The notes under the pieces are model-generated. The model was not told the origin of the DNA. It searched no databases and worked only from the letters and a program-made list of their open reading frames with translations. Below, in pieces: positions 35,667-50,119 of a stretch of 64,000 nt of DNA (within the stretch, counting starts at the first letter, position 1; each line of letters opens with the position of its first letter). The position numbers were made by a program, and so were the translations under genes. This DNA comes from Mytilus californianus (lineage: Eukaryota), in NCBI RefSeq assembly GCF_021869535.1, contig NW_026262604.1, positions 46,004,001 through 46,068,000 of the forward strand, read 5' to 3'.

Positions 35667-38600
35667 TTAATTAACATCAATTAATCCTTGTCAAGGTTTT
35701 TCGAGGTCAATATAAGGTCGTCAACATTTAACATGTATATATACAAACGAGAGGCGGAAGATACCAAAGAACATTCAAAAAACATACAAAAAAGTTGATT
35801 ACAAACTAAAAACACCATGGCAAAAACGAAAAACGACTAAAAAATCAAACAATTGAAACAAAACACAGCATAGACAAAACGAAAGACTGAGCACCACTAA
35901 CCATAAAAACAAATCGGTGGTGATCTCAGGTGATTTAAAATTTAAGCAAATCCTGATCCATAAATGTCACGCTATATCAAATTATAGATAAACAGATTAT
36001 CAAACATATATCTGCCATCGACACCGATTTCTCCAATAAACAAAAAAACATATGAATATTGACGAAGAACAACTACTAGAATTGTGCTCATGTAATGCAT
36101 ATGTGGCGGATTGAAAAAAATATTTTGAGATCTCAATCCCCCTCCCCTCTCCTTTAAACTTTTAAAGTATACGTTCCTAATTTCACGGAGAAAAATAAAT
36201 TTCCGTAAAAACAATAAAACTATAGATATTATGGACTTAATAGTTCAATAGAATAATTCTTTCTTACGTATTTCCGGTTTTATCAGCTTCTCTAAAACAA
36301 TGTCGATTTATTATCTATTTTTTATGTTTCTGACATTCTATGCTCTGCTCGTCATACTTTTGGCCTATTATTCTCTATTCTTTATATTGAAGAATCCTTG
36401 TATTATATTTTCCTTTTTTTTTTTTGTCAATTGTTCTCTTTTCTTTCTTTTTATGGCAGATTATTAGTTCTTATGGTAACCATCCAGACCTTCATAAAAA
36501 TTGAGAATGGAAATGGGGAATGTGTCAAAGAGACAACAACCCGACCATAGAGCAGACAACAGCCGAAGGCCACCAATGGGTCTTCAATGCAGCGAGAAAC
36601 TCCCGTACCCGGAGGCGTCCTTCAGCATGTATGCTTTTTCCATTGAACAATTAACATATCCCTTTAATAAATATTGCGTACCATATTTGTAAGATGCCAC
36701 TAGGTAGAACATCTTATCAGTGACTAAAATATGCATGTTTTTAAATCTTAGGAAAAATGAATCCAACTCCATTAGGTTTAGGCTCACCGACATGTTAAAC
36801 CCCACAATATCATGCATGCTCCCCGCTCAACCTATGAGCATGTTATTACCTTGTTGTTAATTGTAATCTGCAATAATATCTTTCATTTACTGTTTTAATA
36901 TAAAACAGGTGGTTGGTATTTTCTTTTAAGTGTTTTGCATTTTGCAATCCCATAACCTATGCGAACACAGTAACTTTGCAATCCCATGACCTTTAACAGC
37001 TTACTTTACGGACGATTTTTAAATACTGTACGGAAACCTGTAGTTGTTTGTACCCTGATCATTTAGTGTTTAATGAATAATTGACTATTTCGCAATCATA
37101 CCACATCTCCTTATTTTATATTAATCGTTCTATACGTCCACACATGTTTGATTGTTGTGCATGTTCCACTTAATTTGTAATAGATGATAATTTAACTTAT
37201 TCTAATTCTAACCAGTTTCATCAGGAAACAAACCACATGCAGTCAACATTGTCAAGGCCAGCTGAAGTTTAAATAATAATATCGTGATTTCATACCAATT
37301 TGCTTTGAAGGAAAACACGATAGGTTCAAAATAACATTTAAAACTATTCTAAATATGCAGTACAGACTGTATACGGATTTCTGTTTCATTTTTTATGGAA
37401 AGTAAATGAAATGCATAATCAAGATTAAAACAATTGTGATTTTCGTTTAATCCTGTCTTTTCTCAGTCGGAAAATATATACTATATATTCACAAATTATT
37501 GCGAGGTTTTTATCAATGCGATGCGCCTGGATGAGTATCGCAATACTAAAAACTTGCTTTCTGAAATCAATACATGTATATTTAGGCAAAATATCCTGAA
37601 ATCGCAATAGCTAATTTCGCATTTTGGACGATTCTTCGAAATTCGCAATAATAAATGCACGCAATCATATCTGAATTTAGGGTAATTGTACTTATTCTAA
37701 TAGCATTGGAAGTCGAATCCGTTGATTGAAGTAGTATTGCTCTGCTGTTATCTCCAAAAATCAGTCACATGGTCACTTCTACTCTGTTACGCATCTCTTG
37801 ACTTATCTTATGATTTAAACGCGTGCAAAAATATATAAAGCAGCTCGATTTTTCATACTAAGTAAAGAGATCTCTCAGTTTTTTTTTCGATTTACGCCGG
37901 ATATAGTTTAAGACTGCGTTTTCCTGCTTTTATGACGGTGTTGTACGAAATCTGTTTTGAAATACAACCGATGATATTACAGTGTAAGATGGTAAGATAT
38001 CGTATCGGCAGGTTTCACACTTTGCATTTACTAAATGCGGGTTTTCGGTGGTAAGTATAATTGTGTGTGTGCGTTTGTTTGCATTTAGTAATCATACCTG
38101 TATAAAAGAGTAAATTTCTGTCTCTGTACAAACTTACTGTACGCTCTATTATATATGTTACACTCCTTTTATTCCAATGATCTAATTTAAAGACTGAAAG
38201 CTGGGATCTCAACAACTAGTTGAAACCATTCATTAACTGATTTTTTAAGTAGACTTCTGAGGTTATATATCATGTATATCAATGACGTTTTATTCACATG
38301 AGAAATTTGATGTAGACAACAGATCTCTGATGTATATTAATTTTATTCAAAATTCTGTTAAATTAAGGTCGATTTAGAACTGTACAAGACATTAACAGAG
38401 AGGCGAGCGAAAGACACCAGAGGGACATTCCAACTCATAAGTCGAAAAAAACTGACAACGCCATGGCTAAAAAAGAAAAAGACCAATTAACAAAAAATAG
38501 TACACAACATAGAAAACTAAAGACTGAGCAACACGAACCCCACCAAAGATCTCAGGTGCTCCGGAAGGGTAAGCAGATCCTGCTCCACATGTGGCACCCG

Positions 38601-39892
38601 TCGTGTTGCTCATGTTAGTACAAACCCGGTTATAAACTATTAATATATTGACATATCTCTTAGTGAATATACGTTGATGAGACAGCAACCCAACAAAATA
38701 AGACATTAAGAGTTTAGCATACGGTCTTCAACAACAGAATAGTGCTGTACTAAACCATTTTTATAGGCACTTTTAGTGTTTAAGAACACATATTGACATT
38801 TAGATATCTTTTGGCCTTTTTTGTGTGTTTTTTTTTTATTGACTAGAGCCTACAGCTTTATTCTATTCATAAAACAACTAGAAGATACATGTCAAAACAA
38901 AGCATAACACAACACAAAAAAACTCGACAGCGAAATTTAAAAGCAAAATTGTACATATGCGATATTTACAATCAAATGTATTATTGCATTCTTTATATAT
39001 AAGGTAGTATATATACAACGGTGAATTGCTTATACGTTAAGGTTGTAGTTAGGTAAAATTTTAAAAAATCTAGAATTTTAAAAAAAAGTCAGAAGAGCAT
39101 TAGTAAAAGAACAACATAAACTAAAAATATTGACAGGTTAAGGAACTCCTTTTTGCAATATTTGATTTTTAAAAAATGAAGGGAAAAGGCTGACTCGGAC
39201 TTTTACCTTATATTTAGCATTGGCATTATTTGGGTCTCAAATCGTAAGAAAAAACTCTAGAATCTGCTTAAACTTTGGTAACGACCTTTTATGAGCTATT
39301 GAAGTCTTCTACGAAAAGAAAAGTGGGTGATAAGGGGCAAACTATTTCACCCTGTATCGTAGGAAACAACTCAAGAAGTCCGAAATCTGACAAAATTCAT
39401 AAACCTGTCCTAAGTACAGCATTAAATATTCCTTAATATTATGGAAATTTGTAGCTTTCTGGTCTTATTCATTTACTAGTAAGCGTTTTATCACTACAGT
39501 ATCAGTTATCTTTATACAAGCGTAGAAACATTGGACTGATTCCTCGATTAACCAAAGGCCGTCCTTTAATAGGCAATTTGATAAATTTGGGTTAACCACA
39601 ATTATTCGAGAAAAAATTTGAAAATTAGATTAATGATTTTTTTTAAGGGCACGCAATTTTCAAAATTGAATTAACAAAAACATTGAGAATCTGAACTACT
39701 AAGTCACACGTGTTACTTATGGTAGAACAATTGTTGTGAGAAGGACTTTAATTAATTTATGGTACATATATATATATATATTCTTACAAACAAACATGAA
39801 TCAAGGCTGACAAGTCTTGCATATATGAGGATGCATCGTACAAGTGTTTTGCTCCTAGCGTATTTGATGTATTTGATGTTGTAGGCTTGTCA

Positions 39893-41035
39893 ATGGCTTC
39901 TCGTGCCAATGATTCGAATGTGTTCTTCGAAGAAGGGATTGCAAATGTTTCCATCTCCTTGTATAGCAAACTAGACAGATCTGGGAATGAATTCAATTCG
40001 CCATACAGTATCACGTCAGCATTGTTACTCCTCTTGCTTGGAACTGGCAAAACGACTAAAATTCAGATGAAGTCGGTAAGTTTTGAATATAAAGGACCAG
40101 ATGATATTAACAAGGGATTTAAACTTCTTAATGATGAACTTTTATCGAGAACAACATCGGGAGTTACCGTATCTATTGCAAACAGGTTATACGGCAGTAA
40201 GCGTCTCATTCTTTTGAACTCTTTTTCTACAAAGGCATCTACATACTATGGTAGTGATGTTGAACTTTTAGATTTTGTATCGGAGGTGGAAAAATCACGA
40301 TTGACAATAAATGACTAGATTTCTACAAATACAAATAATCGAATAAAAGATTCCGAGAAATGTTCTTATGTTCTATTAATAATAGCAAATGCTATTTACT
40401 TTAAAGGCACAATGGAAAAATATTTTTAACACAAATGACACTTCACAAAGAAACTTTTTCGTGAGAGCGAACGAGCAAAAACTAGTTCAAACGATGTATG
40501 GTGAGTTTGATGCAAAGTCTTGTGAAGACCTTATACTTGACTGCAAGGTTTTACAACTGCCATATCAAGGAAACAATATCTCTTTGTTTTGCCAAATTCT
40601 GGTGATGAACTCTCCGAACTAGTAAGAAAACTTACCATTGATAATTTCAAAACACTATTAAGCGGTCTGAAGACACAGAAGACAATAGTACGAATTCCAA
40701 AATTTACAATGACAAGCAAGAACGATTTAAAGCCAATTTATACATCGTTTGGAATAACGGAAATCTTCGACGTAAACATTGCAGACTTTAGTGAAATGTT
40801 CAAATTTGATGTTACACGCGTGTGCGTGACTGATGTACGTCATAAAGCTTATATGGAAGCGAACGAAGAAGGAAGCGAAACTTCAGTCGCTACTACATTA
40901 ACTATTGCATTAACTTCGGTAAGGGTTCCTGAACCCAAGCCATTTCAATTTGTGGCAGATCGTCCTTTCATGTTTGTGATTCCGGATGACAAAACAGGAG
41001 CACCGCTGTTCATTGGAAGATATGCCAGACCATAG
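39893..41035 (+). pseudogene. Serpin pseudogene D
   Basis: TAG at codon 142 (40316) and several small frameshifting deletions. Altered hinge EEGSETSVAT. RCL TLTIALT-SVRVPEP. Confidence 0.95.
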
Positions 41036-41963
41036 TGTAACAGTAACATAGTTTTGAATGAAAAGAATAAAATGCATTTATGTCGTTTATAAAAACAAGT
41101 GTGAAATGATTTTAATAAAAGAATCATGTTGTAATCAATAGAGTTACTTCACGCAAAGTTTGTCAAGAAATTGTATACATATCTTTTTTTTATACACACA
41201 TTGTGTACATAAGGTTTTCATACCTGTCAGTCTTGATAACCACTTAGGTTTCTTGAAATGCTATCCATTTTAAAAATTCAAATCATGTGGGATTCTTTGT
41301 TATATTATATTAGTAAATAAACACCTCATTTAAGTTAGTTTGCATATTATGTGTCGCCTTTCAAAGCCTTTACAAAAAAATAAATGTTGTGCATTTATAC
41401 TTGCTTTTCGCTGATAGAGGCTCGTCCATCTCTAGGAAGTCAGCTCTACGACATCCTTTTTGGAATACCCTACAATGAATAATGATGGCCATGTGTCCAC
41501 ATAGTAGGACAATCTTAGATTCTTTTTCGAATATAATAATATCGAGGGAGACAAGCAATATCTGACGAAAAATTGAACTACAATAGATAGGAACACGCAG
41601 TGACAGCATGAATAATAGAACAAACAGCTTGCAGCAATGGCATTTGAGGACAAGGAGGACGTAATTGTCCTTGATGCTTACAAGTGCCGAGAGTAGCACA
41701 GTGAAATATTTGTTAGCGAGAATATACCAAAATCTTACATATTTTTTATTAAAAGGGGCGTATTCACTCTACGTCCCAACCTCCTGATTCTAACACTGAT
41801 GTTTGAAATCATGTTGCGTTTTAATCCTCTCCATCTCTATCACTAACCCGTAAACAAACAGGAGTTACAAACACAGCTAGCAGATCGGAGTTATCGCGAC
41901 CAAAAAACATTTTTAATTAAATCTTACTATACATTAATAAATGAGTTTTAGTCTTTAAAAGAC

Positions 41964-44900
41964 AATTTGGAATTTCGTAAGCAGACGAAGTGTGCGAAAT
42001 GGAATTCTAATTTTATGAATAACCGAAACAAGATATGAAAGTGTTATCTCTGGTTGCGCACGCAGCCTGGCTAGCCAATCCCTACGATAATGCATGTTCC
42101 ACATGCGTTTCCTCATTCTCTTACTGAAGAGCGTCGAGTAAAGAAAAAACAGAATTTGATTGAAAAATCAAACCATAAGCTTAACAAAATCAATAGGAAT
42201 AAACTTCAGGAAACGACTGAAAATACAACCCCATTAAAGAACACATGTCTTTTTGGTCTAATTTATATTATACCACATTTTCAATTATGTACTTTTGTTG
42301 ATTTTATAAACCTGTTAACATTGTGTATTTCTTTTGTTTATTTTATAAACCTGTTAACATTGTGTATTTCTTTTGTTTTTTTTGTGTTATCTATTTTAGA
42401 ACATTAAAACAAAAATACTCTAAACAAATTAAAACATTTAATATCATTTATTATAATCCTGGTCCAATCTTGGTCATCATTTTTACTCTTGTCTAAGAAA
42501 TACTTCTTGGACTGTTCAGAATTCATCCCTGTTCTCTGGTTCTACTTCCCAGACCTGCAAAATACAAATATATATTTGTGAAAAGTGAATACTGAGTATA
42601 TCCAGTAAATAAAATAGAATAAACCATAAAATTGAATGTGAATAAAGGCGAAGGAAGGAGGGAACACTTTCATATCTTGTTTCGGTTATTCATAAAATTA
42701 GAATTCCATTTCGCACACTTCGTGTGCTTATAAAATTCCAAATTTCATATCATAACCTCAACAAGATAATCCAATGTTAGTTTAAAGCTTACCTAGTAAG
42801 TACTGCTTGTTGAAAATTATTGGATACTATCGGTTTACAGTAGATCTATTACATCTTGTGTTGATAATTCAACGCGTTTTGCCTTTGAAGTAGAGGATGA
42901 ACGTGTTGAATGACCAGTAAAAAGGGACGAGAAACCATATTTGTTTATTGTCTCTTTTAACCACCTTGCAACTGATAAAGGAACTATATGATGATGAGGT
43001 TTCACAACACTTAAAAGGAGCAATGATCTATCAATATTATCTCCTTGTTTTCTCCATTATTGTGTGCTAGACAAATAGTCATTAATGCAAGTAACAACAC
43101 ATAAACTCCTTTCAGTAGGGAAAAAGTTGAAAGCTATTGATTTAGTTTAAGAACTAGGACGACAAGTTTTGGTTAGTTTTGGTAACTCAAACAATGTTTG
43201 TAAACCTTGTTGTTTAATATATTTACAATTTAACATGCCTATTTCAGATGCTCTACCTGCTGAAGATAGAGCCAACAACGTCATATTTTTGACGTTGGTG
43301 TCCTCTCATTAAAAATGGCTCTCATATGTCTAATTATAAGATGATGTTTACCTACTTGTAAACTATCAATTAATAGATGGTTCTTTGAAATTGCAGACCT
43401 ATAAGTATTTATTGTTCTATATTGTAAACCATTTTTGAACAATGTTGTGAGAAATTCAATTACAGTGGCCAAAGTGGCCTGAAAAAGATTAACTGATTGT
43501 TCACTACACCAGCTGACCCATTTTCCCCAGGAGCTCTTGTAAGAAAGATGGATTCCTGGTCTCAATGTTTTTTCATGCAACTTTGCAGCTGCTTTTGGTA
43601 GTCCCTCTGTAGGACTTCGTCCCCTGAAATTGTCCATGCCGCAAGATTGACATACCTTGTTTGAGTCAGTGGGTGTGGTTCCCCCTGGGGTGACATCAAA
43701 AGATTTGGAAATTTTGGTATTTTTATTGGATCTTGTATTAACATTTCCAATAACATTGGACACCATGGTTGTGCTTGCCATGCAGGGGCTATTACTAATA
43801 ATGTTGCCTTGTTCTTCCTGGCTTTGGAAAGACAGTGAGGAGTATGTCGTCTAGATATATGATCATACGAACACCCATCCTTTGCAATATACCTACTACT
43901 GGTTTCATTATTTTGGTCAATCTTGGACCCTCTGCTAGCCCGAAGGGTAGAGCTGTGTACTCGAACAGGGTTCCTTCCCATTTGAACCTCAGAAATGTAT
44001 TTTGACTGATTGACAGAAATGAATATGCCTCCTTTTGGTCTATTTTTAGCATGTAATCGCCCAGTTTTAGCAGGTCTTTGATCATGAACAAGCTTTCCAT
44101 TTGAAACGTTGGTACATTACATTTTGGTTTAATTGTTTTAAGTTTAATACTTGTATTTGATCTCCATCTTTTTTGGGTACTAAGAACCAATTGCTTAGGA
44201 ATTGATCCCTGCATGGTTTTACTGGTACAATGACTCTTTTTGTCAACATTTCTCTGACCTCTGTTGACATCTTGTGTTTTTCTTTTTGATTGAGTACTGT
44301 CATTCATGGATCTTTCAGTTGTATCGGACGTGACTGAAAACATTTTGGATATCTTTTTATATCTTTTAGTCTGAGCTGATTATTTCCCAGTTCTTTACAA
44401 AATGTTTTAACCGTCCTGCTATAGGAAAGTGTTTTGATAATGTCACTAGGTTTAGTGAATGACTCGGATGCCTTGACTTTTTCTTGATAAGATTCCTTTT
44501 GTTCCCATTGTTGTCTTTGTTGCACCTGACGAGGTGTGTCTTAGTTGACCACCTTCTTCTTGTGACTTTTTTCTTTCCTCCACCGAGAGCTAATGCCATT
44601 TCGGAAACTTCTTTCTTTATTTTGCTCCATTCCTTCAGCTCTTCCTTGAACCCACTTCCAAACAGATGCTTGTCATTTTACGCTAAACATTCCTGTTTGT
44701 CTTTTAGTAGTGACATAGCCTTCTTTGAATCTTGATTGTTTATTCTTTGAAGGATTGACAAATGTCGCTGATAATTAATTGCAACATTAGATTGTCCTAT
44801 TAAACAAATTGTTTTCTCTAACAGATCAAGAATATGACGGAAGTCAACATTGTCAACAATCGCCTGCGCAATAGAATCGTAACACCCCTTATCGATTTTT

Positions 44901-45801
44901 AATCGAATATCTTTAAATAACATCCATAAATTGCCAAGAGGCCCCATGGTATCTATAACCTTTGTCTGAATACTGACGAAAGCTTTATCCAAAGGATCAA
45001 TAGATCTGATGGCAAAGCCGTCGATGATGGGACGGACATCGTGTTCAAAATGAATCCCTGAACTTTGTGGGATGGAATAAATCTATTAAAATTGTCATCA
45101 AGTTATAATTCCATATCTTTAGAAAACTGAGGTCTTGTTTTTTCCTTCTTGTGAGGATAAAAACGATGATAACTCTTGTTGCCGTTTTGTCGCTGTATGT
45201 TAAATTAGATACAATTTCACTAATAACGGACCTTACCTCTTTGTCCGACTCAGAGTCAGAAGAAAGGTCATCCTTCTTTAAGGATTTTTTTTTGCTGCCA
45301 TACTTTGCGGCTTTAGACTTTTTCCGTTTTTGGAAATAGTCATTGCTTCTCCGACTCAGAAGAATCAATCAGAAGGAAAATCCCGATTGACATACTTTGG
45401 CCTTTTCCTTTTCTTCTTGTGTTTTTCAGTCAAACTATTGTCACTTTGGACATTTGACTGAGATCCACGTGCTTCTTCAATGTCAACCGCGTGGTTAACA
45501 TAGAGTTCATCGTCTCAATCGCCAGACGCACTATTGTCCTGTAATGAAACCTCGTCATCTTTTGAATTACTCATGACGACATTTCAATGTAAAATCCAAA
45601 AAAATTGAATAAATCCCCAAAATCCACTTAAGTAAAATAGAAAAAAGTTTGCAGTGAATCTCTTGCAGTTCTTCACTCGACGCTAGCCAGTAAGAGAATG
45701 AGGAAACGCATGTGGAACAGGCATTATCTTATGGATTGGCTAGTCAGGCTGCGTGCCAATATAACATTGAAATATCTTGTTGAGGTTATGATGTGAAATT
45801 T
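41964..45801 (-). mobile_element. Decayed DIRS1-like YR retrotransposon with ITRs and internal complementary region (ICR)
   Basis: ITR cores are at 42058-42126 and 45688-45756. The ICR at ~42663-42779 is complementary to both termini and joined at AATTT. Minus-strand remnants include gag (DKAFVSIQTKVIDTMGPL), RT (LPFGL, IIYLDD), an MT tail (LVIAPAWQAQPW) and YR (YRTINTYRSAIS, GHSTRS). RNase H is deleted and there are many frameshifts. Confidence 0.92.
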
Positions 45802-48800
45802 GATCTTAACAACATTTGAAGAGTCAGACGTTTGGTCAATTTTAAGACATGTAGACAGCGGTAAATTCAGTACTCCTCAGACAAGCGGTTTGCCATCCAT
45901 TCAGTACTTTTCAAATGAGTCCAGTTACTGAACAACTAATGAACCATCCTAACATAGACAGCACAGATCTTAAATTGAATGCAATGAAATTGTCTTAGCA
46001 GTAGTGAATTTACTGCAGTGGATCAATCTGTAAAATTGACTACTATTTGAGAACAATTTAGATCAAAGTTACCGTTTCATATTAAATTTGGTTTACTAGT
46101 GGCTTAATAATACCATTTACAAAAACGTTTCCACACCTTCACATGAATAATGAAAAATATAAGACGTAAACAGATTTAACAATATCAATATAACAATAAG
46201 CTATGTCAAGATTAGTTTATTTAGCAAACTGAAAAGATACTTTAATAACTTATCTTTCTTAACAACAATAGCAGACAGAAACAAATTGTGTAGTAACTTA
46301 CTTTTGGTATACCTTATCAAATAGTTGGATAGCTGATGCCGACAAACTTGAGTGTAGTGTTATATTTTACCCAGTTTGTAAGTTGCTGTTGCCATGGTTA
46401 CGTGAGAATCTTATCAGTGACCAATATTTGCATGTTTCCATATCTTAAAAATAAGGAAACCAACCCAATCAAGTTTAAGTTTGAGTTCACAAACATGTTT
46501 AAACCAGCCAAATTTGCCCGTCCAAAACCGTGAGCCTGAAATTAACTTTTTGTCATCAGTTACTGTCTGCAAAATATTTTCAAATACTTTTTTTGTATAA
46601 ATCGGCCATTGTGTGTTTAACTGATTCACGTTTTGTCATCCCGTGCCCTGTTATAACTTATTATACAGTCGAATTTTAGTTTGAGTTCCCAAACATGTTT
46701 AACCCCGCCAAATGTGCCCATCTCACACCATGAGCATAAAATCCTCTTGTCATTAGTTACTGTCTGCCATAGTATATCATTTTCTGTTTTCGTATAAATC
46801 GATCGTTATTTCTTTTTTCAAACTGTTTCACATTTGTGTCATCTCATGGCCTTTTCTAGCTTACTTTACGGTCGAGTTTTGTTCATTTCAGGAGACCGTA
46901 CGGTTACCTGTAGTTGTTTGTACCCTGCTCATTTGTTGTGTAATTGAAATTTGTCTATTTCGCAATTATTACACATCACTAATTTTCATATTAATTATTC
47001 TATACGCCTACATAAGTGTCCGTCCACACATGTTTAATTGTTGTGCATGTTCACTTTATTCATAATAGATGATAATTCAGCTTATTTTAATTGTTGCCTG
47101 TTTTTCATCAAGAAATAAACCACATCGGTCAACATTGTCAAGGGCCGGTGAAGTTGTAAATAAAAATTGTGATTTCGTACTGGATTTGCGTTATAGGAAA
47201 TCAGGTCAAGCTCAAATGAACTTTAAAACTATTTTAAATATAAAATACAGATCGTATTCGTGAATCTGGTTTGACCTTTCTTGAAAAGTATAATAAGGAT
47301 GGAAACAAGGATGCTTTTCGATTTATCCAGTCGTTGATCAATCAGTTAATATAGATTTGTATTGTTAACATTGGAAATTCAATCCGTTGAGTAATGATAT
47401 GCTGCAATCTCCAAAAACAGTAAGATGGTAAGACATCGCATCGGCGGGTTTAAAATAATGCGAACATTCTTTGCTTTTTGTCCTTGTATTTGCGTTTTTT
47501 TTTTTTTTTTGATTTGTTGATTTTTTACTTTAGAGTACCGGCGTAATAAAATAAATTCCTTATCTGTACAAACTTGTATAGTATGCTCTATTATACATGT
47601 AATATGTGTTTGTGTTATTCCAATGATCGAGCTTAAAAGACTTAGTGATGTGATCTAACTTGCTAAAACCTTACACTAGCTAATTATCTTGCTCAACGTA
47701 TTTAATTTTGTAAGTGGTTGTGTGAAGTTAAAACTCAATGGCTTCTAATTCCCTTCAGAACTTTGATGTAGAAGACAGATGTTGATTCGTGTTATGTCAT
47801 TCATAATTCTTTTAAATTTGGGGCAAGTTAGTATTTTACGAAACATGAAACTGTTAATATATTAGCACATTATTAAGTGAAGAGGAGAAATCAACCCAGC
47901 ATAACAGACATTTAGAGGTAAAAATTGGTCTTCAATAACAGGCTAGTTTCTGTACCAAACATGTATTTCAAGCTCGTAGGTGATAATCATGTGTATAGAC
48001 ACTTGGCCTATGTATAAGACCACATATTGACCTCTAGGTATCTTGTTGCGCTTTTTATGTCAATGTGTGTTAATTTCACTTAACAGATCTATACAATACA
48101 ACAAAACAGCATAGAGTAAAAACAATAAAAATTCATAGGCAAAGAAATGTGAAAAGCAAAACTGTTCAAAGGAGATTTTTACAAATCGTCATCTGACAGG
48201 GATGACTGTATGCTACTCATTAACGGATAATTAAGTAGTTGTTCTGTGATGTTTGCATTATTTGAATAGAAAGTAATAAATATACATCAAAGAGAACCTG
48301 ATTTAACTTTCATTATGTATTTGATCATTTTCATAGTTGATTTTCGCTATTGCATGACCAGTATTCCTTTAAATGGGACGTAATAGTCTGCCAATTTTAT
48401 TTCTTAAAGTCATATATTTATAAAATTAATTCTTGAATTAGTCCTGGTTGTTTTGTGATGACCCATTATGAATTCAAAAAATGTATAGTAAATCACAAGA
48501 TACTGTATTGCATTCAATTCTTTTAGTGTTTTCAAAATATGGTGCTTAGTCTGCTCGCCAAACTAATCCCACGCACCTGAAAGTTGTGTTTACACTACTG
48601 TGTCAAATTACCTATATACATGTAATACAAGCGTAGAAAAATGGACTGATTCCTCAGTAACCGAATGCTGTCCTTTAATAGGTAATTGAATAATCTTGTT
48701 TTTACTACAATTAATCGAGTAAAATTGATGAGGTTTTTATTAAGTGCATGCAACTGTCAACAAGAGAAGTACAATATAATGAGAATCTAAGGTACGAAGT

Positions 48801-48974
48801 CATACGTGTCACTGATTGTTAACATATTGCTTTGCGAAGGATGTTAATTAATTCGTGGCTTACAAGTGTTATATATTCTTACAAACAAACAAGTGTCAAG
48901 GATGACAAGTCCAGTATATATAGAGATGCATCTTAAAACAATTTACACATATCATATTTGCTTCATTTCATTTA

Positions 48975-50119
48975 ATGGCTTCTCAAGTTAATGGATCGAA
49001 TGTGGTCTTCGAAGAAGGGATTGCAAATTTTTCCAACTCCTTGTATAGCAAACTAGACAGAACTGGAAATGAATTCATTTCGCCATACAGTATCTCGTCA
49101 GCATTGTTACTCCTTATGCTTGGAACCGGGAAAACGACTAGGAACCAAATGAAATCGGTTATTTTCGAATATGAAGAACCAGACGATATCGACCAGGGAT
49201 ACAAACTTCTTAATGATGACCTCTTAATGAGATCAACAACGGGAGTTACAGTATCTATTGCAAACAAGTTATACGGTAGTAAGCGTCTAAATCTTTTGAA
49301 CACTTTTACTACAAAGGCGTCTGCATACTATGGTAGTGATGTTGAACTCTTGGATTTTGTAACAGAGGCGGAAAAGTTACGATTGACAATAAATGATTGG
49401 GTTTCCACAAATACAAACAATTGAATTAAAAATATGTTTCCAAAAAATGTTCTTGATGAAAATACTTTATTAGTAGTAGCAAATGCTATTTACTTTAAAG
49501 GTACGGGAAAAAAGAGTTCAACAGGAATGACACTACACAAAGGAACTTTTTCGTTAGAGCGAATGAGCAAAAGCTGGTTAATATGATGTACGGTGAGTTT
49601 GATGCAAAGTCTGGTGAGGACCTTTCCCTTGACTGTAAGGTTTTACAACTGCCATATCAAGGAAACAAGATCTCTATGATATTTTTGTTGCCAAATTCTG
49701 GTGATAGACTCTCAGAACTAGAAAGTAAACTTACCACAAATAATTTAAAAACACTTGTAAGTGGTCTAAAGACGCAGAAAACAATAATTCGAATTCCTAA
49801 ATTTACAATAAAAATTTTTATAGCGTTAGGTTTAACGGAAATCTTTGACGAACAAATTGCGGACTTTAGTGAAATATTCCAATCTAATGTAACACGCGTG
49901 CGCGTGACTGATGCACGTCATAAAGCTTATATTGAAGTGAACGAAGAGGGAAGCGAAGCAGCAGCTGCTACTGCGATAACTGTTGGATTTAGAACAACAT
50001 CAGTAAAGGATCCTAAGCCCCAGCCATTTCAATTTGTGGCACATCATCCTTTCCTGTTTGTGATTCAGGATAATGAAACAGGAATGCCGCTGTTTATTGG
50101 TAGATATGCCAGACCATAG
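48975..50119 (+). pseudogene. Serpin pseudogene E
   Basis: TGA at codon 150 (49422; CGA>TGA-type), a 1-nt frameshift near 49505 and a 7-codon deletion after PKFT. RCL AITVGFR-TTSVKD. Confidence 0.95.
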
